Shown: positions 51,760-61,203 of the stretch, piece by piece
How positions within the stretch are numbered: the stretch's first letter is position 1
How the letters are laid out: each line of letters opens with the position of its first letter
NCBI GenBank assembly: GCA_002372935.1
Contig: DFJF01000016.1
Span: 395 to 64,394 of the forward strand
DNA length: 64,000 bases
Direction: 5' to 3'
DNA from: Clostridiales bacterium UBA3678
Lineage (GTDB): Bacteria > Bacillota > Clostridia > TANB77 > CAG-508
Notes under the pieces: generated by a model
The model's input: only the letters and a program-made list of their open reading frames with translations
What the model was told of the DNA's origin: nothing
The model's database searches: none
Translations under genes and position numbers: made by a program

Positions 51760-51860
51760 AATTTATAATTTTCCTTTCTAGTATTTTTTCATCTCTATTA
51801 TATAAAATTAAAGTGACAATTAAATGACTTTTACCAAACCTTGTATTTTTTCAAAATCGA

Positions 51861-51899
51861 ATTTCAGGCAAAATACTAACACAGTATTTTGCCTGAAAT
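51861..51899 (-). terminator. 17-bp perfect hairpin downstream of the tRNA cluster
   Basis: ATTTCAGGCAAAATACT-aacac-AGTATTTTGCCTGAAAT. A second long imperfect inverted repeat lies at about 52091-52151, directly 3' of tRNA-Gln. Confidence 0.5.
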
Positions 51900-52161
51900 T
51901 GATTAAATTCTATCTATTTTAAAAGAGAAAAAGTTAAGACATATTCGTTTTCATGATTTAAGACATTCATGTGCAAATACCTTTTACTTTTAATTTTTGC
52001 CTATTTTCTTAAGATAAAATTAAACAAGAACTAAAAAATCGTTGTTATCGTGATTATGTCTTATTTTATACAGGTATAAACATATAAAAAATTATCCTTA
52101 TCAAATTTCTTTGAACCCTCGTTAATCAAGCAAGAAATTTTGATAAGAATAATTCATATAT

Positions 52162-52236
52162 TGGTTGGGCTGGCTAGATTCGAACTAGCGCATGCATGAG
52201 TCAAAGTCATGTGCCTTACCACTTGGCTACAGCCCA
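52162..52236 (-). tRNA. tRNA-Gln (anticodon UUG)
   Basis: Hand-folded. Acceptor TGGGCTG/CAGCCCA, anticodon arm CATGA-CTTTGAC-TCATG, T-arm GCTAG-TTCGAAT-CTAGC, encoded CCA. Confidence 0.85.
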
Positions 52237-52247
52237 ATGTTTATTTA

Positions 52248-52325
52248 TGGGGTGGAAGATGGGACTCGAACCCACGGTCTCCAGTGCCACAAACTGGCGC
52301 GTTAACCAGCTACGCTACATCCACC
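52248..52325 (-). tRNA. tRNA-His (anticodon GUG)
   Basis: Hand-folded. Extra 5' G (G-1) typical of tRNA-His, D-arm GCGT-AGCTGGTTA-ACGC, anticodon arm CCAGT-TTGTGGC-ACTGG, T-loop TTCGAGT, encoded CCA. Confidence 0.85.
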
Positions 52326-52406
52326 ATTTTCAATACATCAACTATTGTACAACAAAATGGTGGTGTTTGTCAACTGTTTTTTTATTTTTTCTGTTTTTTT
52401 AGCAAT

Positions 52407-53561
52407 TTATTTTATTTCTGTATACAATATTCCAGATTGTAGTTTAATACCCTTTGCTTCTGCCATTTCTGATATAGTTACCAATTGGTATCCTTTTTTT
52501 ATCAACTCTGGAACTATAGTCTTTACTGCTTCTGCTGTTGACTTGTAAATTGAATGCATCAAAACTATTTTTCCATCATAATTTGAATATTTTCTTACTT
52601 CTTTTATAACGCTTTCTGCATTTTTAGATTCCCAATCTAATGTATCTATATCCCAACCAATTAATGCATAATTATTTAAATATGATTTTACTAAAAAGTT
52701 TGCATTTCCATATGGTGGTCTAATTAATTTTGAAGTATGTCCTAAAATTTTTTGCATTTGCTCATCAGTTTTTTCTTGTTCTTCTAAAACTTCATTTTCG
52801 CTTAATGTATTTAAGTTTTTATGAGAATATGTATGTGACGCTACTTCACATCCAATTTTCTCTTCTCTTTTTACTATTTTAGAATTATTCTCCATCAAAC
52901 TTCCTAAGTCAAAAAATGTAGCTCTTGCATTATATTTTTCTAACGTATCTAATATAATAGGTGTTGATACAGGATTTGGTCCATCATCAAATGTAAGTGC
53001 AACCATTGGTTTATTTTTATCTAATTTTCTTGGATTTATTATTTCTGTATCAATTTCGTTATGTTCTGCTTCTTCTGGTTTTTCTGTAGTTAAATATTTA
53101 CTATATATAAATCCTTCTTTATTATTATATTTAACTTTGCACCAACCATTATCTTGAGATTTTATTAATGTGGCAGACTCCTCTGCATTTATTTTTCCAA
53201 TTACTGCACTTTTTTCAGAATCCTCTTTTCTTATATTGATTTTTGTAATTGCATAAACTAATGTGCCTTTTTGTGCATTTGAAACATCATAATTTTCAGA
53301 ATTATGATTATTATTACTATCATTGCTATCATTAATAGTATTATCTTCATTATTATCGGCATTATTATTTTCTGCATTACTTGCCTCGTTACCATTCATT
53401 TCATAATTTGTTTCATTTTCTGCTACACTAGTAGATGTTTGCACAGTCTTTTTATATTTTATAATATATATAAGAGCCACAATTGCTATTATAATTGCTA
53501 CTAGTATTATTACATTGGTTTTATTTATTGTTTGTTTTTCTGATTCCATTTTTATCTCCAT
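52407..53561 (-). CDS. polysaccharide/peptidoglycan deacetylase (NodB domain) with SH3-like domain
   Basis: 384 aa. TM anchor, Asn/Asp-rich linker, SH3b-like 'NGWCKVKYNNKEGFIYSKYL'. NodB motifs 'VALTFDDGP', 'EVASHTYSH' and 'LIRPPYG'. Confidence 0.8.
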   Translation of the reverse strand: MEIKMESEKQTINKTNVIILVAIIIAIVALIYIIKYKKTVQTSTSVAENETNYEMNGNEASNAENNNADNNEDNTINDSNDSNNNHNSENYDVSNAQKGTLVYAITKINIRKEDSEKSAVIGKINAEESATLIKSQDNGWCKVKYNNKEGFIYSKYLTTEKPEEAEHNEIDTEIINPRKLDKNKPMVALTFDDGPNPVSTPIILDTLEKYNARATFFDLGSLMENNSKIVKREEKIGCEVASHTYSHKNLNTLSENEVLEEQEKTDEQMQKILGHTSKLIRPPYGNANFLVKSYLNNYALIGWDIDTLDWESKNAESVIKEVRKYSNYDGKIVLMHSIYKSTAEAVKTIVPELIKKGYQLVTISEMAEAKGIKLQSGILYTEIK

Positions 53562-53619
53562 TTTTTAACTTCTATTGAAATAATTGATAAAAGATTTAAA
53601 CTTTAATATATTAAAATTT

Positions 53620-53694
53620 TGGTTGGGGTGGTAAGATTCGAACTTACGCATTGATGGGTCAGAGCCACCTGCCTTACCGCTTGGCGACACCCCA
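53620..53694 (-). tRNA. tRNA-Gln (anticodon CUG)
   Basis: Hand-folded. Acceptor TGGGGTG/CACCCCA, anticodon arm GGTGG-CTCTGAC-CCATC, T-arm GTAAG-TTCGAAT-CTTAC, encoded CCA. Confidence 0.85.
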
Positions 53695-53786
53695 ATATTT
53701 CTTAACCACTCCTATTATACAAAAAAAATTGATTAATTTCAAGTCTTTTTCGATTTTATTTCATATAAATTATAGCATTCTATTTT

Positions 53787-55022
53787 TTATTTTTTTCTTC
53801 TCAAAATCCAACCACTTTCACAATTAATTGGTAATTTCATTTTTACTTGTTGTCCTTGTTTTCCAGGATTTATTGTATCAATCTCTTCATCACTATCAAT
53901 ATCCCATAATTTTTCTATGTTAAATTTTACGGGATCGATTTTTCCAGGAATCAAAATTTCTAAATCATCTCCAACTGAAAGTTTATTTCTTATCTCTATT
54001 ATAGATTTTTCATTACAATATTTTAAAATTTTGCCACCAAATTCATAATTTGTATTATATTGTTTTCCTTCATATTCTTGAATATCTTTATTATTTCTAT
54101 CATTAAAGTAAAAAGTAGTTAAACCTCTTGTTTTTACTTTTTCTATTTCTTGAACATATTTATTAATATTGTTTTCAAATACTTCTTTCCCTTTATAATA
54201 ATCATCAATTGCACTTCTATATATATTTATAATGCTTGCTAAATAATATTCTGTTTTGAGTCTTCCTTCTATTTTCATGCTGTCAACACCCATTTCAATA
54301 ATCTCTGGAATTTCTCGTATTAAACATAAATCTTTTGAAGAAAAAATACTTGTACTTTTTTCATCCATTTCTATTGGCATTAAATTACCAGGATTATTCC
54401 TTTCTTCTGCATATAAATTATATGACCATCTACAGCTTTGTGCACAATCGCCTAAATTTGCGCTACGTCCTGCCAAAAAATCACTTAAAAAACATCTTCC
54501 AGAATATGAAAAGCATATTGCACCATGAACAAAAATTTCGACTTCCATTCCTTTTGGCTTATTCTCCATAATATATTTTAATTGCTCTTTGTTTAATTCT
54601 CTAGCCATAATCATTCTTTTAGCACCATAATTATACCAAAATTTACAATCTTCCAAACTTACAATATTGCTTTGTGTACTTACATTAATAGGAATGTCTG
54701 GTGCATATTTTTTTATAACTTCCATAACTCCTGGATCTGCAACAATAATTCCATCAGGTTTTTCTCTCTCTAATTGTTTTACTAATTCTATTATTTCTGG
54801 GTATTTATCGTCCCAGGCAAAAATATTTAATGTTACATAAACTTTCTTTCCCATTTTATGTGCATATTTTATTGTTTTTAATAAATCATCATCTTCCATA
54901 TCTGCTCTAGTCCTCAAAGATAATGATGATGTGCCACAATATACCGCATCTGCTCCATACATAAATGCAGTTTTTGCCTTTTCAAAAGATCCTGCTGGTG
55001 CTAATAATTCAATTTTATTCAT
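53787..55022 (-). CDS. peptidase U32 family protein (PrtC/YrrN-YrrO-like)
   Basis: 411 aa. N-terminus 'ELLAPAGSFEKAKTAFMYGADAVY' and 'MKIEGRLK' are typical of the U32 family. Confidence 0.8.
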   Translation of the reverse strand: MNKIELLAPAGSFEKAKTAFMYGADAVYCGTSSLSLRTRADMEDDDLLKTIKYAHKMGKKVYVTLNIFAWDDKYPEIIELVKQLEREKPDGIIVADPGVMEVIKKYAPDIPINVSTQSNIVSLEDCKFWYNYGAKRMIMARELNKEQLKYIMENKPKGMEVEIFVHGAICFSYSGRCFLSDFLAGRSANLGDCAQSCRWSYNLYAEERNNPGNLMPIEMDEKSTSIFSSKDLCLIREIPEIIEMGVDSMKIEGRLKTEYYLASIINIYRSAIDDYYKGKEVFENNINKYVQEIEKVKTRGLTTFYFNDRNNKDIQEYEGKQYNTNYEFGGKILKYCNEKSIIEIRNKLSVGDDLEILIPGKIDPVKFNIEKLWDIDSDEEIDTINPGKQGQQVKMKLPINCESGWILRRKK

Positions 55023-55071
55023 ATTTTACTTCCTCTCTTTTGAAATTATACCACAAAAAATCCCATATTTC

Positions 55072-55100
55072 TAGACTTTTTTGTCAATTTATGATATAAT
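55072..55100 (+). promoter_or_regulatory. sigma-A-type promoter for 55156..56949
   Basis: TAGACT - 17 nt - TATAAT, with a TG extended -10 (aTGaTATAAT). Confidence 0.5.
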
Positions 55101-55155
55101 ATTAGTGTTTGCTGTGAATAGTAAACAAAATTAATTAAGAAAGGATTTATTTTTT

Positions 55156-56949
55156 ATGACAAATAATTTTAAAGAAAGTCTTAAAGTTGAAAAAATTGGT
55201 TCTACTGATAAAGATATTTTTGAAAAAAATTATTTAGAACTATTAACTATTTTGAAAAATATCGATTTTGAAAAAATTATTCCAAACGACAATAATAAAG
55301 TAAATTTGCAAAATTATAAATTAGAAAATAAAGAGATTAATGATAAAGCAGAATTATCAGATGAAGAAGTTAGAGCAATAATTGATAGAATTAAATTATT
55401 ATCTTCACCAAAATATTTAAAATATCTAAAAGAAAAAGAGATTCCTAATAGATCTACTAAGCCAAATTTTTCTGGTCTTTCTGAGAAGGAAAGAGCTATT
55501 AAAGAGTCAAATTACTCAAAACAATTAGCTGATGAAGAAAAAAATATTAAATGTATGTATTACATAAAAGAACTTGTTGATAAATTTTTGTATTACTATA
55601 ACCCTAAAAGTAGAGAGTATTTTATAAATCTTTGTACTAATTTATTATTACAATACTCGGAGAGTCACCCTGAAGAAATAACAAATATTCACTTTAGATT
55701 TAAATCTCCTAAAGGTTTAGCAACAAAGTGTGGAAAAAACATTATTCTTAACAGTCACTTTGAAAGAGATCCTCAAACTGGAAAAGATGTTTTAAAATAT
55801 AAAGAAGTTAATGATGCATTTGGTGCAAAAATTATTAGTCAAAAGGGATATAATCCAGAAGTTTCATCAGACAAAGAGATTCAAAATCTAATTGATTTAA
55901 GGAACTCAAGAAAAAATAAATTGAAAAAATATCAATTGTTTAAAGAAAGAATTGAAAGTTTATTATCAGGTGAAAATCAATCAATAACATATAGAGAATA
56001 CTATGATCATTGCCTTGGTATATTGGAGCAAGAAAAAGACATTATAAATAAAAATGAAACAGAGTTCTTGCAATCTATCCAAGATGATATACTTAATATA
56101 CAAAATCTAAAAGCTTCTCTTGATACTACTTCAAGTTTAGATGATTCAATAAATTTAGAAACTCTCGAAGACCCTAATATTAATTTTAACAAATTTTTTA
56201 CAGAATATACTTCTAAAATTCCTTCTGAATTAACTGTCGCCGGTCTAAAAAAAGGTCTGAATAAAATATTTAATAATACAGGTGAAACAAATAATGATAT
56301 ATTAAAAAACAATATTTTAAAAGCTTTTAAAATTAATGTTTATGAAATTGAAGAAAAACATACTCCTAGTGGTCATGAAGGAATACACTACGATATTAAT
56401 ACACCTTTTGGAAATTTTGAATTACAAGCTCAAAATGAAGAACAATATATTTCTGATCAAAAAGGGATAACAAATGCTCATGCTCTTATGGATGGAAAAA
56501 AAGTTCCTAACTATAAAGTTCCAATTACATACAATTCAATTCCTAAAAATGAGAAAAAAAAATATATAAAAATAGAAACTGATGATGGGGCTATACAATA
56601 TTATAAAAAATCTGAGGTTGATGAGTTTGTTAAAAAAGTAGAATATTTGACAGCCAAAAAAGGCAAAATTACTTATCATAATGGACTAGAAAATGCTCAA
56701 ATTGAATTATATTCATCACTATACAATTATTATTCTTTAGCTATGGAAATTCCAGATAGTGATCCTCATAAAAAAGATGTATTAAATTATTTTACAAATC
56801 TTGAAAATAAAGAATATAATATTAGAAATATTCTATTTCAGCAGGTTAATTCTTCTGTAAAACATATGAAAATCTCACAGATTAAAGATTATGTTTTCAA
56901 TTTAAAACAAATGCCTCAAAATACAAATGAAGATCAAAGCGAAAGATAG
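55156..56949 (+). CDS. divergent RelA/SpoT-like nucleotidyltransferase-domain protein with a large insertion
   Basis: 597 aa. 'HFRFKSPKGLATKCGK' (RxKSxxSxxxK-like), 'VNDAFGAKIIS' (DxxGxRI-like), an insertion of about 160 aa, then 'HTPSGHEGIHYDINTPFGNFELQAQNEE'. That last motif aligns to 'NGYxSlH....vEiQiRT', but the Arg-Thr is replaced. Confidence 0.55.
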   Translation: MTNNFKESLKVEKIGSTDKDIFEKNYLELLTILKNIDFEKIIPNDNNKVNLQNYKLENKEINDKAELSDEEVRAIIDRIKLLSSPKYLKYLKEKEIPNRSTKPNFSGLSEKERAIKESNYSKQLADEEKNIKCMYYIKELVDKFLYYYNPKSREYFINLCTNLLLQYSESHPEEITNIHFRFKSPKGLATKCGKNIILNSHFERDPQTGKDVLKYKEVNDAFGAKIISQKGYNPEVSSDKEIQNLIDLRNSRKNKLKKYQLFKERIESLLSGENQSITYREYYDHCLGILEQEKDIINKNETEFLQSIQDDILNIQNLKASLDTTSSLDDSINLETLEDPNINFNKFFTEYTSKIPSELTVAGLKKGLNKIFNNTGETNNDILKNNILKAFKINVYEIEEKHTPSGHEGIHYDINTPFGNFELQAQNEEQYISDQKGITNAHALMDGKKVPNYKVPITYNSIPKNEKKKYIKIETDDGAIQYYKKSEVDEFVKKVEYLTAKKGKITYHNGLENAQIELYSSLYNYYSLAMEIPDSDPHKKDVLNYFTNLENKEYNIRNILFQQVNSSVKHMKISQIKDYVFNLKQMPQNTNEDQSER

Positions 56950-56968
56950 ACATAATTTCTTTACATAT

Positions 56969-56997
56969 TTGACTGTTTTTGGCATTTATGGTATAAT
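56969..56997 (+). promoter_or_regulatory. sigma-A-type promoter for 57073..57996
   Basis: TTGACT - 17 nt - TATAAT, with a TG extended -10 (aTGgTATAAT). Confidence 0.6.
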
Positions 56998-57072
56998 TAA
57001 AGTGTGACAAAGTGTTTTCTCACAAATAGATTAGGCAATAAATAAAAACAACATAAGGAGATTAAAAACAAT

Positions 57073-57996
57073 ATGGAACAAAAAACATTAGATAGAATTC
57101 ATCAGGCTTATGTTGATGCCTGTGAAAACCCTGACACACACAACATTATTGACATTTTGGTAGAATTGTATGATAATCTTTTATCATATACACCAAACTC
57201 AAATGATCAAAAAGATTTTGATATTTTTTTAAGAAATATCGAACGCGCGATTAATACTAGAAAGAGAACTTTTGAAATCACTAATCTGGTTTCTGATGTA
57301 CTCTTCTGTATGATGTACATTACAATTTGGGCAAATGATGTTTATAATTTGAATCTTGATTTAAATCTTATTGCTCGTCGTAAATCACTTGAAAGCGAGT
57401 TAGTAAAACTGTTGGAAAAAGATCAAGTTCATGACAGATTCGGTGTTAGAACTATTTTACTAAATCAGTTTAGTGAAGATATCAATACACAAAAATTAAG
57501 AGCATTCTCTGAGTATTGTATTAATATCTTTACTTCTCGCAATCGTAAAGATTTGACTGATTTTACTAAATGGGTAATGACAAATCCAAATATCAATGAT
57601 TATACTAAGGAACGTATTCATTATATCCTTAATATTCCATTTTCATTTAAAAGATATAAGGATTATATCAAAAATCCAAAGCCAAATGGTTATCAATCAA
57701 TTCACTACTGTTTAGTAGTTGATATGTATTCTGATTGGTTACCTGGTGCTGAAATTGAATGTCAATTCCGGACAAATGCAATGCATCAAGCAGCTGTAAA
57801 TAGTCCAAAACAGAGTCATCAAAACTATAAAAATGAGATTTTAATGGCTCATCGTGCAGTTTTTACAATTGAAGACTTTTCAAAAGTAAATATTGTTGGA
57901 TTCACCTCATACAATTCTGTAGATGATGATATTGATGGTATTCACTGGTACAAGAAAATCTTCAATCGACGTATTAGTAAAACATTGGTTTTATAA
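57073..57996 (+). CDS. small alarmone synthetase-like (RelA/SpoT synthetase domain) protein
   Basis: 307 aa. 'IARRKSLESELVKL', 'HDRFGVRTIL', 'YIKNPKPNGYQSIHY', 'AEIECQFRTNAMHQAA' and 'HQNYK' together form the full RelA_SpoT synthetase motif set. Confidence 0.8.
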   Translation: MEQKTLDRIHQAYVDACENPDTHNIIDILVELYDNLLSYTPNSNDQKDFDIFLRNIERAINTRKRTFEITNLVSDVLFCMMYITIWANDVYNLNLDLNLIARRKSLESELVKLLEKDQVHDRFGVRTILLNQFSEDINTQKLRAFSEYCINIFTSRNRKDLTDFTKWVMTNPNINDYTKERIHYILNIPFSFKRYKDYIKNPKPNGYQSIHYCLVVDMYSDWLPGAEIECQFRTNAMHQAAVNSPKQSHQNYKNEILMAHRAVFTIEDFSKVNIVGFTSYNSVDDDIDGIHWYKKIFNRRISKTLVL

Positions 57997-58028
57997 TTTT
58001 AAATTCAAAATTGTCTAATCTAAAAAAG

Positions 58029-58058
58029 CCCCAGGGTCTATTCCTGGGGTTTTATTTT
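58029..58058 (+). terminator. bidirectional intrinsic terminator between convergent genes
   Basis: AAAAAGCCCCAGG-gtctatt-CCTGGGGTTTTATTTT. It overlaps the stop codon of the O-methyltransferase gene on the other strand. Confidence 0.8.
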
Positions 58059-58643
58059 AGTTATAGCTAATCCATCTCCAACTTCTAAAATTTGCGTTTC
58101 TAAGTTTGGATTATCTGTTGTTTCTTTAATATATTCTCTTAAATTTCTAACAGCAGTACGTTGTTTATGTTTGTTATAATCACTCATAACATAGCCTTTA
58201 TATAAAATATTATCAGCAAAAATAATCCCATCTTTTTTCAGTAATCTTAATGCTTCTTTTAGGAAAAATGGGTATTTACCTTTTGCGGCATCTATAAATA
58301 CCATATCATATTTTTTGTTTAATGTAGGGAGAATTTCTACTGCATCTCCTTCATAAATATGAATTACTTTTTCCAAATTCATATTTTTTAAGTTGTTTTT
58401 TGCTTCTATTATTTTTTCTTTATCTCTTTCTATAGTATCTATTTTTCCGTTTTCACTTAATATTTTTGTAAAACATATAGCTGAATACCCTACAGCTGTA
58501 CCAATTTCTAAAATGTCATTTAGCTTATTTTCTCCAATAGTTTTATATATAGCTTCTAGGGTATCATCCATAATTATTGGTATATGTCTTTGTAAAGCAT
58601 TAATTTGTATTTCTTTCAAAATTGATTTTTTATCTTCCATCAT
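58038..58643 (-). CDS. class I SAM-dependent O-methyltransferase (YrrM/TrmR-like family)
   Basis: 201 aa. 'ILEIGTAVGYSAI' motif I, 'YDMVFIDAAKGKY' and 'GIIFADNIL' are typical of the caffeoyl-CoA OMT-like/YrrM family. Confidence 0.75.
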   Translation of the reverse strand: MMEDKKSILKEIQINALQRHIPIIMDDTLEAIYKTIGENKLNDILEIGTAVGYSAICFTKILSENGKIDTIERDKEKIIEAKNNLKNMNLEKVIHIYEGDAVEILPTLNKKYDMVFIDAAKGKYPFFLKEALRLLKKDGIIFADNILYKGYVMSDYNKHKQRTAVRNLREYIKETTDNPNLETQILEVGDGLAITKIKPQE

Positions 58644-58710
58644 TTTTGCTTTGTTTTCTTCCTTTTTTCATTTAATTTTACTATTTTTTAATCACATATC
58701 ACTAATATGT

Positions 58711-60525
58711 TTATGCTCTTCTTGCCATTCTTTCTCTTTCTTTATTATTTAAAATTTTCTTTCTTAATCTAATTGATTTAGGAGTAACTTCAACAAGCTC
58801 ATCATCTTGAATAAATTCGATTGCTTTTTCCAAACTCATTTGAATAGGTGGTACCAAACGTAATGCATCATCTGAACCTGAAGCTCTCGTATTTGTTAAA
58901 TGCTTTTCTTTACATACATTAACTGCCAAATCTTCTCCTCTAGCATTTAAACCAACAATCATTCCTTCATAAACATCAACACCTGGTCCTATAAATAAAT
59001 CTCCTTTTTCTTGTGCATTGTACAAACCATAAGTAATTGATTTTCCAGCTTCAAAAGCTACTATTGTACCTCTTACACGAGCAACAACCTCTCCTTTGTA
59101 TGGCTCATATCCTTTAAACATACTAGCCATTGTACCTTCACCTTTTGTATCTGTAAGAAATTCTGTTCTATAACCTATTAATCCTCTTGCAGGAATTGAA
59201 AATTCTATTTTAGTATGTCCATCTTCTGCTGGCTCCATATTAACCATTTCGCCTTTTCTTCTTCCCAATTTTTCTATAACTGTTCCTACTGAAGAATCTG
59301 GAACATTTACTACTAATGTTTCTATTGGCTCACATTTTTGACCATTTATTTCTTTAAAAATAACTTTTGGTCTTGAAACTAAAAATTCAAACCCTTCTCT
59401 TCTCATTGTCTCTATTAATACTGCTAAATGAAGCTCTCCTCTTCCAGCAACTTCAAATGAATCTGGAGTTTCTCCTTCCTTAACTCTTAAAGAAACATTT
59501 CTTTCAAGCTCTTTAAATAATCTATCTCTTAAATGTCTTGAAGTAACAAATTGACCTTCTTTTCCTGCAAATGGTCCATTATTTACACTAAATGTCATAC
59601 TTACTGTTGGCTCATCAATATTTACAAATGGTATTTTCTCTGTATGTTCTGGATCACAAATTGTATCTCCAATACTAATGTCTGGAATTCCTGAAACTTC
59701 GATTATATCTCCTGCTTTTGCTTCTTGTACTTCTACTTTTTTTAAACCTACATGTGTATAGACTTTTGTAATCTTTCCCTGTTCTATTTTATCACCATCT
59801 TTGCAGACTGCAACATTCATTCCTTCTAAAAATGCTCCTCTTTCAATTCTTCCAACTGCTATTCTTCCAACATATTCATCATAATCTATGTTAGAAACTA
59901 GCATTTGCGCTGGTCCCTCTTCATCACAATTTGGAGCATCTATTGTATTTACAATTGTTTCAAATAATGGGGTCATATCTGAATCTGAATCTTCCATATT
60001 CAACTTTGAAGTACCATTTTTAGCAGAAGCATAAACAACTGGGAAGTCCAATTGCTCATCTGAAGCATCTAGTTCTATAAATAACTCTATAACTTCATCT
60101 ACAACTTTTTCTGGTCTTGCACCAGGTCTATCTATTTTATTTATTACTACTATCGGTTTTAAATTCAATTCTAATGCCTTTTTTAAAACTTCTCTTGTCT
60201 GTGGCATTACTCCCTCAAAACTATCTACTAATAGCAAAACTCCATCTACTGTTTTTAAAACTCTTTCTACTTCTCCACCAAAATCGGCATGTCCTGGTGT
60301 ATCTACTATATTTATTTTTATGTCTTTGTACATTACTGATGTATTTTTTGATAGAATCGTGATTCCTCTTTCTTTTTCTAGGTCATTTGAATCCATAATT
60401 CGTTCTTGTACTTGTTCGTTTTCTCTAAATATGTGACTTTGTTTTAATAAACTATCTACTAATGTAGTTTTTCCATGGTCTACATGTGCAATTATTGCTA
60501 TGTTTCTTATTTTATTGTTATTCAT
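58711..60525 (-). CDS. typA: translational GTPase TypA/BipA
   Basis: 604 aa. 'IRNIAIIAHVDHGKTTLVD', 'DTPGHADFGGEVER' and 'NKIDR', plus the BipA-specific C-terminal domain. Confidence 0.95.
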   Translation of the reverse strand: MNNNKIRNIAIIAHVDHGKTTLVDSLLKQSHIFRENEQVQERIMDSNDLEKERGITILSKNTSVMYKDIKINIVDTPGHADFGGEVERVLKTVDGVLLLVDSFEGVMPQTREVLKKALELNLKPIVVINKIDRPGARPEKVVDEVIELFIELDASDEQLDFPVVYASAKNGTSKLNMEDSDSDMTPLFETIVNTIDAPNCDEEGPAQMLVSNIDYDEYVGRIAVGRIERGAFLEGMNVAVCKDGDKIEQGKITKVYTHVGLKKVEVQEAKAGDIIEVSGIPDISIGDTICDPEHTEKIPFVNIDEPTVSMTFSVNNGPFAGKEGQFVTSRHLRDRLFKELERNVSLRVKEGETPDSFEVAGRGELHLAVLIETMRREGFEFLVSRPKVIFKEINGQKCEPIETLVVNVPDSSVGTVIEKLGRRKGEMVNMEPAEDGHTKIEFSIPARGLIGYRTEFLTDTKGEGTMASMFKGYEPYKGEVVARVRGTIVAFEAGKSITYGLYNAQEKGDLFIGPGVDVYEGMIVGLNARGEDLAVNVCKEKHLTNTRASGSDDALRLVPPIQMSLEKAIEFIQDDELVEVTPKSIRLRKKILNNKERERMARRA

Positions 60526-60558
60526 TATTCTCTTCTCCTTTTATAAATTCACTTATCT

Positions 60559-60586
60559 ATTATACCATAAAAAAACATTTTGTCAA
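60559..60586 (-). promoter_or_regulatory. sigma-A promoter of typA
   Basis: Minus strand: TTGACA - 16 nt - TATAAT, with a TG extended -10 (aTGGTATAAT). Confidence 0.65.
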
Positions 60587-60588
60587 CA

Positions 60589-60645
60589 TAATTTATAGTC
60601 ACTTATTTGATTTTTATTATTAATTTATAGTCACTTTTTCGATTT
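60589..60645. repeat. two 25-bp direct repeats upstream of the typA promoter
   Basis: TAATTTATAGTCACTTATTTGATTT (60589-60613) and TAATTTATAGTCACTTTTTCGATTT (60621-60645). Spacing is 32 bp start to start. Confidence 0.8.
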
Positions 60646-60661
60646 AAATTTTTTATAAATG

Positions 60662-60697
60662 AAAAGGTCGATTTTACAATTGTAAAACCAACCTTTT
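60662..60697 (-). terminator. hairpin/terminator after 60736..61203
   Basis: AAAAGGTCGATTTTACAATTGTAAAACCAACCTTTT contains the 16-bp perfect palindrome TTTTACAATTGTAAAA, flanked by AAAGGT/ACCTTT. Confidence 0.55.
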
Positions 60698-60735
60698 AGT
60701 TTCTAGTAATCAAATTTATTTTTTATCTTACGTGT

Positions 60736-61203
60736 TTATGCTTCTTTAAAATGCGAACATTCAATTACAATCAACGCATCTTTTAAAGTATTAAAAGTTT
60801 CGCATCCAATTGTGATCCATGGATATTTTTCAATATTACATCCATAGTTTCGAACTCTTTCGCATCCTCCAAGTTCATCACTTGCCGAAGAAAGTCTCTT
60901 ACATGTATGTTCTGTAGAATAGCATTTATGCATTAACAATATTTCAGAATTTTCCATGCTGAGATTATACAGGATTCTTGAAAAATATAATCTTTCCCCA
61001 ATTTTCAATACAAAAGATGGAACTTTATCCTTTCTGTATTCAGTCAGCATTCTAGTTGTTACCTCAACTAATTGAAACTTTAAATGTCTAATAATCTTTT
61101 CGTAATTTTTCCGAAAAAAAATTACCTTATCAGCTTCAAGGAAATAAATCCCATCTTTCTCCACTAATTTTACATTCTTAACTGTAACTTTTTCTAGTCT
61201 CAT
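60736..61203 (-). CDS. hypothetical protein with Cys-rich C-terminal half
   Basis: 155-aa ORF. Contains one zero-frame CGG (Arg31, 61111-61113) that does not break the frame. No family recognised. Confidence 0.5.
   Translation of the reverse strand: MRLEKVTVKNVKLVEKDGIYFLEADKVIFFRKNYEKIIRHLKFQLVEVTTRMLTEYRKDKVPSFVLKIGERLYFSRILYNLSMENSEILLMHKCYSTEHTCKRLSSASDELGGCERVRNYGCNIEKYPWITIGCETFNTLKDALIVIECSHFKEA

Noticed and set aside
52162-53694. Whether one of the three tRNA genes could be a quadruplet-decoding or frameshift-suppressor tRNA that explains the C-GGN sites.
   Set aside because: Hand folding gives ordinary 7-nt anticodon loops (CTTTGAC, TTGTGGC, CTCTGAC) with anticodons UUG, GUG and CUG (Gln, His, Gln). 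There is no Arg or Gly identity and no 8-nt loop. No tRNA-like T-loop sequence was noticed inside the ICE.
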